A stretch of DNA of 64,000 nt. It comes from Epiperipatus broadwayi (lineage: Eukaryota > Animalia > Onychophora). Below are positions 54,211 through 64,000 of this stretch, piece by piece (the first letter of the stretch is position 1; each line of letters starts with the position of its first letter). The DNA is taken from the NCBI GenBank assembly GCA_028023455.1, contig JAQFVV010000009.1, positions 7,378,001-7,442,000 of the forward strand. The letters are read 5' to 3'. The notes under the pieces were generated by a model. It did not search any database and was not told the origin of the DNA. It saw only the letters and a list, made by a program, of their open reading frames with translations. Both the position numbers and the translations under genes were made by a program.

Positions 54211-57200
54211 TTTTTCATTTCTGTTAAAGAATGAGTAAAATATCTTGGATTCCACAAGATTCACTGATGATTGGCATAGCATTGCTGCTTCATATGAAGA
54301 TCACATTCGCTATCCATGATCATTTTTCAGTCCTATTTTTTTGCTTATATTTTGGGATTAGAATTTTTGTTGGAGAGTGCAAGTTTTTTAATGATTATCA
54401 AAGGGAATTCTTTCTTATCATCCAGAAAGTTGACCAATATATAATCAGGCTAATAAAATGATCAAATCAAAAAAATCCTAACTTGATTTTTGAAAGAAAA
54501 ATTATCTGTGTCTTTAGATGTGATTTTTTTTTTATAATAGAAAACTTATGTTTGCTATTTTCATTTTAAATAACACTTGTGTTTTTATATTCTTATGGAT
54601 TTTATCTTTTTGTCATAACACAGAAACATATTTTTTGAATAATCTTTTTACTCAAATAATACTTTAAATATTCTCATATTTTACTATGATGATCAGAAAA
54701 GCACTATGTTCTGTATTGGATGAATTTGAAATATTATATCCAAATTTATCAGAGATAATGTTGGATAAATGACTCATGCAATTTAAGGATGTATGTTTAT
54801 ACAAATATAAAAAATTACTTGTTAGACATTTATAAGTGGTATTACATTATATGATAAATTTGTTTGTAAATAATAAAAATATTTGTTATAACAGTATTTA
54901 CCTTCACGTAGTGCAGTTTTTAAAACCTATATTTACAGATTTATTTATTTTTCCTAATTTTTTTTATATTATGAGAACTTTGTTTTATATTATAATTTTA
55001 ATAAAACACTTGTTGGTGGTTTTTGTATCCAGCCATACAAAGAAATTAACTAATCTTTCAAAAGGCTTGTTTTAGTGAATAAATATATGATTCTAAACTT
55101 CTTGAAAAACTATAGTCTAACTCAGAAAGAATACTGAAACTTAAATATTATTTGCTTTGTTGGTAACTGCAATATGATTTAGAAGAATTTTACATAATTT
55201 ATAATTTAAAATTGTGATATAAAAAATGAACAAAAAAGATTTTAGTGCTATATGTAATAGGTAACCAATAATATGTTACGGCTAGTTCTTTTCATTACTG
55301 TAGTTTGTTGGGTTTTTTTAATTCACTTGTGCACGTCATTCTTGATAATATTTTTCTTTCCTAGCATTAACATTTCTTCTGAATCAGGGAAGCTGATAAG
55401 AAAATTATGTAATTCTCTGAGCATTAGTGTAGGCAAATCTGAGTTAGAAGTAATGAGCTTAGAAAGAGTTTCAAAAGTATAAAGAAAAATATGTGGTTAT
55501 TTATTCTTTATTTAACTGAAAATACAATATGCACATGTAAAATAAAAAATACATATTGTTTAACAAGGATGGAACATAATTAAGAATATTTAGCAAATCA
55601 CCTCTTCTGAAAGAAAGTCTTGAAGAAAATTTTTGAACAATCAAAACATTGACTTTACATAATAAAATTTAAATAGTATTTTAAAGGAATATGATTTTCT
55701 TGGTTAATTATGTTTCATGACGGCTAAACAGTATTATAACATTTTTCACGTTTTGTTAGGTCTTCTATTACACACTAGAAATGAATTAATCAAGTTATGA
55801 AAAAGAAAATATATTCAGATCATTTACAAGTCTGGGTATTTCAAGAACATAGCTATATTTCCTGATTAACTCGACCTAATATTATTTATGATTTTTTGAA
55901 GTGCCAGCAGAATCAGTTTTTTATTTATTTAAACAAGGGCACCAGAATTCATATAAGAATTCACTGATATTCGTTGCATCACACATATCGTAAATTAAGA
56001 AGAAAATAACTAAACAACAAGCATATTGGCAAAGGTAATTTATACATAATAAACTAACATTAATAAGCACAATGAAGTTAATATTAAAGGTAAATATTTT
56101 ATTAGCACAAATTAAAATATTTAATGATAAATTATTAATATAATTTAAAGGAACACACTCATGCTAATCCAGCTAATATTAAATTAAAATAGTTTTTATT
56201 TCAATATTCTTAGGCCATAAATGAAAGTCTCTTGAATAATAAATAGCAAATATCTATATCGGTAGTATATTATAAACTTATAGTTTAGGTGAGTTTGCAA
56301 ACAATTTAGTCAGATTGGGAATGAATCATCTCTTAAGCTTACAGATAAGTTTTTTATATGCATCTTGAAGAGTTCATTGAAGTTAACTAGTTTTATTACA
56401 TTGATATTTTGTATGTTTTTAGTCTGTATTAAGATTAGACTTGAAGGTTTTTTCTGAGTGACCTCTATGATAAAAGATATCTGTAAACGCATCGGTTCTA
56501 CTTTTGCCTGACCACTTACTTCAGTAGATGAGTAGTAGTCCTGCATATGACTAGTCCAGGATAGGACATTTCCTCTATCCTGGACCGATGGAAACTGCTA
56601 GTTAAGGAAAAGACAAGACCTGGTTTGAAATTTTTCTGCCCCTTTTGTAGCCTTGGGTCAGTTTCTAGACTTCTACGCATAGACATCCTTTTTTTTATTA
56701 AAAATACACATTGATAATCTTGTGCATTCTTTATTAGTTCTAAGCTACAAAATTTTTTTTTACAAAATAATTCTGCCATCTTTAATTAGCTTCAAAAAGA
56801 TTTTACTGATTGTAATCTTTTACTTTGGAATTTCTTTTATTTATCTGGATTAGCAATCTGCGTGTCTTTTTTATTTCTTCCAATTTCAACTTTAATTAAA
56901 TTATGAAACAAAAAATTAACTTTCATTATACATTTAAAAAAATAAATTATACTAATTAAAAAAGAAAATTAAATGGTGTCGTTTAAAAGATCTTTAAATT
57001 TTACTTTTTTTTAAAGTTTTTTAAAAATATTATCAAATGCCAATATATTTGAACTATATGTATGTAAAACAATTCAGTATATATTTTTCATTATTTGACT
57101 TCCATCAAGAGTATAAATTTATGATTTTTATTTTAAAATCAATCAATGTGTAAATATTTTATTTAGTAAAAATAAATGTTTATTTAAATGTGGCATGACA

Positions 57201-58034
57201 AAAAACATGAAGTTTGTTTCATATTTTATCCTGTAATTTATCAGCCTTTTCTCAAATATTAATTTTTAAAACAAAAATGATTGGTTTAGAAATAAGTTCA
57301 TATATTAACAAAGGATGTAGTGAAGTGTGCTTGCTAAATTTTTTTATTTCATTGCATTTGCTAATCTTATGAATAATGGTTAAGAAGCATTGAAGAATGA
57401 AATGAACTAGATTTGTTGGACTCGTTTGTATTTTCTTAAAGTTAAATACATTCTATTTTTAGAGAATAATCAGTAATACAATATAAAAATTCAGAAATAG
57501 CACCAATAATTACTTTTATACATGAATATTTAGATTATTCTTTTCAATGTATTTTTACTGAAGTGATGAAATAAATAATCTGTCATTACATATTATCATA
57601 TATAATTATACATTAATATAAAATCTCATTGAGAAAGCTGTGGGTAGTTTTTTGTTTGTTTCCTTAAATGCATAGTCATTCTTTATTCAAAAGTATGTAT
57701 AACAATGCATTATTACTAGATAGTTTTTGCCTTTTCTAGTCAAATGATTAAAAATATTTAACAATGTATTACATGATTGGTTATTTTTTGTTTCCTGAGA
57801 AATATCACTTTTGGTTATATAAAAACAAATGCTATATTAATTATTACCATTGCATTTGTTATAAAAAGTAAAGAATAATATTTTTTATTTCATTTTATTA
57901 CTATTTATAATTTCCACTGTCTAGCAGTCTTTTTCGGACTATAATTATCAAATGTATTACATTAGTTCTATCATATATCTATATATACATACATTTCTTT
58001 TCAGTATACACATATACACTTAAAATATATTTCT

Positions 58035-58206
58035 ATCTATTTATAAATTTATTATGTAAATGCAATTGTATTATATGTATCTGTGTACATGTATTTATAT
58101 GTTCATATTTATATCTGCATATCTATTTATAAATTTATTATTTAAATGCAATTGTATTATATGTATCTGTGTACATGTATTTATATGTTCACATTTATAT
58201 CTGCAT
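58035..58206. repeat. 86-bp tandem duplication
   Basis: ATCTATTTATAAATTTATTAT..TATATCTGCAT x2 with few differences. Confidence 0.9.
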
Positions 58207-58408
58207 ATATATTTATACTTGTAATACTTTATAAAAATCAAAAGCCTTTCTAAATATACAAATTAAATAGAATATATCCTTAATCATTAATCCAAACAAT
58301 TATTATTTAAATTTATGAATACAAATGAATGATATGGATTGTATTCTTAGATTTAAAATATATCTATATGTAAGAGTATATATTTCTTATATTATTTTTA
58401 TTATGGTG

Positions 58409-59711
58409 CTAGTATTATAGATAAAGATGCCGTTCGATGGTGCTGTTTTCTCGCTAAAACTATAAAATATGAACATTCCCAAGCCGTCTTTAATCATTTT
58501 GATGTGTTTTTTGTAATGCGAAAATAAAATAAAAACCAAAATCGTCTTTTTTAAATATTATTTTTTATTAACATATACAAATTAAATGATAACAGTAAAT
58601 GTAAAATAAAATCTACAAATTACAATTTGATTTATGTTTTTTATTTTGCTTTATTAGAAAAAACAATTTTCTATCAGATATTTTTTTAGTGGGGTTACGG
58701 CTTTTTTTTTTTTTGTTGTAGTTTAAAAACTCATAATCGGAATAAAAAGTAAAATTTCTTAGTCTTCCTTTTAAATTTAAATTTTTACACACAAACAGAT
58801 ATTATTGTGTTACCACTATTTTTTACTTTTTTAGTCTTCGTTTTACATTTTTATTTTTTACAGACAAACAGATATTACAGCTATTTTTTACTTCAAATAG
58901 AATGACAACAAAAAGTAAAAGTAGGGTTAGTTTTAGGGTTAGATTTAGGGTTAGGGTTCTGTTGTTTGTAATGCTAAAATAAAAAATATCAACATCGTAC
59001 TTTTTGTAAATACTTATTTTTTATTAACATATATAAAATAAATGATAACAATAAACGTAAAATATATTCAACAAAGTATAACAGTAGTCGGAGAAAAGAA
59101 AGAAAGTAAAAGTTTTTAAACAACAACAAATATATATAAAATGTCTTCTTTACTTATTAACCATGTTTATAATAGATGCTTTTTATGAAATTTAAAAAGA
59201 GTGTAGAATTGTACTTTTCTTACTGGATATTTTTGTGTTTCTGCTATTTTTTACTTCAAAAATAAACACACGGTAGAATATTGTTTGTCTCATGGAATGT
59301 TATGAACAGTACATTACTTGATGCATTACCTAATTCCAACTCACTTTACACATATATCTTGTCAACATTTTCCCACTTAAAACTTCAATACAGTACGGTG
59401 TAAAAAGTCTGATAATTATTACTTTAGAAAATCTGAACATTTTAATACTTTAAAAAAAAAAATTCAATCAAAACAACATTTCCATCCAATTCAAATATAC
59501 ACACCCTCTCACCAAGCCGTAATAATTTTATAAACTGTGCGAATTCGCTAAATTTATTTGCTGCGATGCGACATACATGCTGTACTGCGATGCGACATAG
59601 CGGCCTGCAATCTGTAGCACAACAAAAAGTTGTCGGCCATGGAAATGGCATTTTTATGTGTTTTAGCACGAAAACGGCGCCATAGAGCGGCATTTTTAGC
59701 TATAAGACTAG
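58409..59711. mobile_element. Non-coding TIR element (~50-bp imperfect TIRs), superfamily unassigned
   Basis: Left end CTAGTATTATAGATAAAGATGCCGTTCGATGGTGCTGTTTTCTCGCTAAAAC versus right-end reverse complement CTAGTCTTATAGCTAAAAATGCCGCTCTATGGCGCCGTTTTCGTGCTAAAAC. Internal duplicated blocks. No short TSD. Confidence 0.85.
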
Positions 59712-59879
59712 AACCCTAAAATTATTATTTAAATATATGACTACAAATGAATGATATGGATTGTATTCTTAGATTTTAAATATATATGTAAGAGTATATA
59801 TTTTTTATATTATTTTTATTATTTACAATTATGGTTTAAATGAATACACTGTACAGGCTTACCCACACCTGCACATATA

Positions 59880-60235
59880 TAATGTAATATAAGGGATTCG
59901 AACTCAGACTTTCATATAACCCTCAACTCTCCATGCCATTTCATATTGCTGACCCACCTGATCATACACATGTTGAAAAGATAAATAATCACCAATAAAC
60001 GTATTTCATGCTAAACCAACAATCATCAGTTGGTCCAGATTATTATCCTCACACATATATACAATCAGTGCTCAGCTGTATATTAAGATAGCCAATCTTC
60101 ATACTTTAATGGACAGGCTTCAAACTATTCCAACCCACAACTCTTCAGCCATCCATTTCATTGAAAATCTGATGATGGAACGTTCAAAGCCCATGTAGTG
60201 CCAAGGTTGTCATCCTACCCATGTTGACTCTTTTT
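59880..60235 (-). repeat. Dispersed copy of HHR family 2
   Basis: HHR at 59992-60033: CCAA-CTGATGA-T-TGTTG-GTT-TAGCA-T-GAAA-T-ACGT-T-TA^TTGG. It ends in GTTCGAATCCC at ~59893-59903. Confidence 0.85.
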
Positions 60236-60844
60236 TTTTTTATTAGAATGTAATTTTATTATCTTATTGTATTTTACTTATTTTTATTTGCTTTTTAACT
60301 AATAAAATTATAAATCACAGTTAAAATTTACACTCATTTTTTAAAATTCCTTCTATTGGATTTTTTTGTAATTATTTTTTTAATTGTATTAATTTTTAAG
60401 AGCTTTATTTATAATAAATACATATATTTTTATAATTTAATGCTGCAATTTAATTAGTTAAACATATTTTATCCATATATTGTTTTTTTTAAAATAAATT
60501 ATTTTCTCACATATATAGATTATTTATTTATGTAATCATTAATAATTTTGTGTATAATCATTATTCATTTCTGTTTAGTGTTTTTATTAAGAGAACTTCT
60601 AATTTATTTTTAATAAACATCATTTTCACCAAAGATATATTCTGCTGCTTTATATGTATATTATTAGATGTTTTTTTTATTATATATTTGTTTTATTCTT
60701 GCTTTTATTGATTTTTTTTTTTTTTTATATACTTATTTTTTTTTTTTTGTTCAGTGCATTTTCAAACTTTATTTCTTAACTCAATTTTTATTAACTTCAC
60801 TGCTTTTATTTTCATTTAAATATTTATTATTTACATTTCTATTA

Positions 60845-60930
60845 TATGTAATTAAAAGGGATTTGAACCCAGACTTTCATATTCTCTTTAGTCAACCACT
60901 CCATTTTATACAACTGATACACATGACCAA
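60845..60930 (-). repeat. Family 2 fragment containing only the tRNA-like 3' part
   Basis: Reverse complement reads GGTCATGTGTATCAGTTG..GAAAGTCTGGGTTCAAATCCCTTTTAATTACAT. Confidence 0.8.
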
Positions 60931-61059
60931 TTCTTTATGTGCTTATTTTGTTTATATTATTATTTATTTTATTTAAAATGTTAATTTTTTTAAGCATTTG
61001 TTCTTATTTTAGTGTTTTCCTGAAGGTGTGTGATGATGGTGCTCTAGTTGTATTTTTAT

Positions 61060-61478
61060 ATTGGACTATTTCCATCATCTAATATATCAAGGAATGGCTA
61101 TGGGCTCATTATTGTCTCCCCTGATTAGTAATACTTACATGGAAGAACTTGAATCCTTAGCCATAAAAAGTACTCCATATCCACCCAAAATTTGGCTTTG
61201 CTATGTGAATAATATATTTGTTATATAGCCACATGGTGAAGCACTGCTACAAACTTTCTGGAAACATATCAACAATATATCCCCTTCAATTAAATTCATA
61301 ATAGAATTAGAACAAGAACATTCTTAGATGTTCTTGTGACAAGACTCCCTCATGGCGAAATCAAAACTACAATTTACCAAAAACCTACACATACAGGAAA
61401 ATACCTAGCCTATACATCCAATCACACCAGAAACACACAACATGGAGTTATAGTATCACTATTGTAACAGGCACACAC
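61060..61478 (+). mobile_element. Penelope-like element, RT fragment
   Basis: QGMAMGSLLSPLISNTYME, WLCYVNNIF (degenerate YVDD), FIIELE, FLDVLV and IYQKPTHT..HT. Confidence 0.9.
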
Positions 61479-61559
61479 GCCATTACATTATTTATTTTAA
61501 AAATTAGACATTAAAAATAAAAGTTCGCAAATAAAAACTTTTTTTTTTTTTCATATGTC

Positions 61560-61630
61560 ATAGCATTGGCCGGGACGCGAACCCACAACCGTCTGCAACC
61601 AACTACTTGCTTGCATGGCGGCTGCGATAA
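61560..61630 (-). mobile_element. Possible tRNA-derived SINE head
   Basis: Reverse complement GCCGCCATGCAAGCAAGTAGTTGGTTGCAGACGGTTGTGGGTTCGCGTCCCGGCC has A-box-like and B-box-like motifs, followed by an A-run. Confidence 0.35.
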
Positions 61631-62749
61631 CTTTTTTTTTTAAGAATTAAAAAGTGAAAGTTAAAAGTCATCTAAACTTTATATACATATATAAAATCGC
61701 ACAGATGAAAAAATATTAAAATTTTAAAGAGTGAAAAATTATTAAAAGAAAACTTTATTAAAGAAAGGAAAGTATTTTAGAACTAAATTTTCAGAGAAAA
61801 AAAGAAAAGAACTTAAAAGATTTAAAGATAAAAAGAATGTACAATAATCTAATTAATTCTATTGTGTAAAATGGAAATGATTATTTTAATTAGTCCAAGT
61901 GAACTAGCCTTTGGGCATTTCAAAATGTATAATTAAAGGTCAGATAGGAGAGAAAAAAACAATAGAAACTAATAGCCAATAAAAGAAATCTCTCAGGAAA
62001 TGGACCTCAATGAAAAGATCATCATCGTCATGACGTAATGTCCACTGGATCTGAAAGTTTACAATAAAAGGAAAAGTTTGGAAATAATTAAAAAAAAAAG
62101 ATAGAGATGTGAAAGCAGAGGTGTGCTATATGTGTTAGTGCAGAGAGAGTTGAAGGAGAAGGGATTGAAAAGACGCACTCTTCAATCCCTTCAGTTTTGC
62201 TAAAAAAAAGAAAGAGAAATGACCAATTGTTTTCCTATATTGCGGACAATAGGGCATTGGGGGAATTAATGCTGGATCCCGAATTGCAAGCAACGGTAAA
62301 GGATGAACTTTTCTAAAACAGTAAGAACTATGTAACTAATGAACATTTTCAAAACAGGAAGAACTTTAAATTCCAAAACCTTTTCAGTATTTAATAGAAA
62401 TAGAATCCTCTCTGACCAACGTAAATTATTATTAATAACTAATTTTATTTGATGTATTTTTTTTAAGTCATTTCCATTAAGTTATTTGTTTTGTTCTTTT
62501 AAGTTTTTATTATTATTATTTTTTTTTTTTGTTAAACAACCTTTAGTAAATGTTAAATTTAAGTCTGGAATGAATGGCTGCATAGATTCGTAAAGTTATG
62601 TTAGTTTAAGGGAGGGTAAATCTTAGGTTTTTTGTTTCGTAGTTAAATTGGGCTAATCGATTGGATATATTGGTGTAATTAGTAAATGTAGTATGAAGGT
62701 CCACTATGTGCATGATCACATGATATGCCGTACTTGGGAAAAATAAGTC

Positions 62750-63080
62750 CCATTTTGTACTGACCATCGGAAGCAGACGTATTACCTGCTCCTTGGATCA
62801 CCCCTTTAGCCTATGGAATGGGATAGTAAGACGGAAAACACAGTCCCTTCCTATAGAGTTTTTTTTTATTTGTTCTTCTCGCCAGACAGATGTACCATTC
62901 CTGTACTGGACGAGAGTCAATGTCTTCTCTAACCATGCTGTGCAGAGGTGCATTTCTGACAGTATGGTATTGTGCCGGCGTATTCATGCTGCATTGAATA
63001 CATCGATATATCAGATAGATTGGCGTTGGTTTGACTGCGAACTTTTGGCCTAAGGTTGAATAAGGGATAGAATATTTTCT
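62750..63080 (-). pseudogene. Degenerate CCHC-type LINE ORF1-like fragment
   Basis: Joining frames gives VKP..RCIQC..TIPYC/RNAPL..DSRP.., which resembles I/Jockey-type triple knuckles. Heavily broken. Confidence 0.3.
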
Positions 63081-63496
63081 TTTCAAATGCAATCTATGTA
63101 GTTTATTCATACTCGACACTCTAATAAATATATTATTAATTTCATCTGTGTGGACTGTTTAAAATAGTAATCTAAATTTAAAAATTAATATTAAAATCTA
63201 AAGATAAATTTTATTCCTCCATTTTATTTATATATGCATTAATAAATGTTTGTGTGTTAATTACTGACAGTGGCTTATTTCATTTTTTTTTAATATTAAT
63301 ATATTTCTTTTAAGCAAGTTTTATATTAAATCTCTGAGTCTCCATGAGCTAGTGGCATGAGCTGACGGTCGGAATAAAAATATGTAAAATTAAGAGTTTA
63401 ACAGCGCTATCTGCCTACTATATAAATTTTCCATGTTCAAATTGCCTGGTGACGCCCTATAGCACAGATACGGTAAGACTATTTGATCACCCCAAC

Positions 63497-64000
63497 CGTT
63501 ATACTATGGAACAGAGCAAAAGAAGTTGTTTAGAAACTAGTGATTTGGAAAAAGAAAATATCTATATAGAACAAACTTATGAAAAATGATTATCCATCAG
63601 CTATTATTAAGAAAATGTTAAATAGAAAACAGAAAGAACTATCATGAGAAAAGACAATTATTGGTACTGTAGTGTACCCGTACATTCCAAAAATGCAGAC
63701 AAATTAAGGAAAATCTGTAATCAGTATAATGTCAGAACGGCTTTCCAGAGCCATACCACACTATGGAGAATTCTAATATCTACAAAGCCTAAACTTGTAA
63801 TGCTGAAAAGAAAAAACTGCATCTATGAAATACCATGTGTCATTCCATTGAAAAGAGCTTGCAAGAACACAAACTGATGATTAGAAGAGGGAAAACAGAT
63901 GTGTCTAAGGTAGCAGACCATGTATGTTCCTATGAACATATGTTCAATTGGGAAAATACAAAAATATTGGATAGAGAAGAAAAGTACAAAGAAGAAAATT
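63497..64000 (+). mobile_element. Penelope-like element, RT thumb plus GIY-YIG region (runs off the window)
   Basis: NRAK..LEKE..NDYP; YPYIP..KLRKICNQYNVRTAF; NCIYEIPC, then a deletion removing the YIG motif; QEHK..SKVADH..FNWENTKILDRE. Confidence 0.88.

Noticed and set aside
24304-60976. Many 60-110 aa F/I/L/Y-rich ORFs in the supplied track
   Set aside because: Typical chance ORFs of AT-rich DNA or antisense shadows of TEs, with no domains or splice context.

Overview
Very AT-rich animal genomic DNA, probably from an arthropod (inferred only from TE families and the FBXO45/Fsn sequence). One host gene is clearly recognisable: a coding exon of FBXO45/Fsn (38882-39454, +). I could not find its final exon, so about 39455-64000 is probably one large intron. 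The rest is mostly transposon debris: a 5'-truncated LINE, an L1/Tx1-type LINE with an intact 5' end, a mini-Helitron, a Merlin element, a Mag-type Ty3/gypsy element, two hAT elements, an unclassified TIR element, a foldback element and Penelope-like (RT + GIY-YIG) fragments. The main observation is two unrelated non-coding repeat families, each carrying an extended type I hammerhead ribozyme (HHR). Family 1 has a ~440-bp unit and 8 HHR motifs; family 2 has a ~350-470-bp unit and 4 HHR motifs. Both have a palindromic stem III suited to dimeric folding. Family 2 shows compensatory base changes and a downstream tRNA-like segment. All three multi-copy clusters are divergent inverted arrays. This pattern fits a non-LTR retrozyme (circRNA) system possibly mobilised by Penelope-like elements, with one near-intact sense HHR inside the presumed FBXO45 intron. 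Alignments, translations and folding were done by eye, so boundaries of degenerate elements are approximate.
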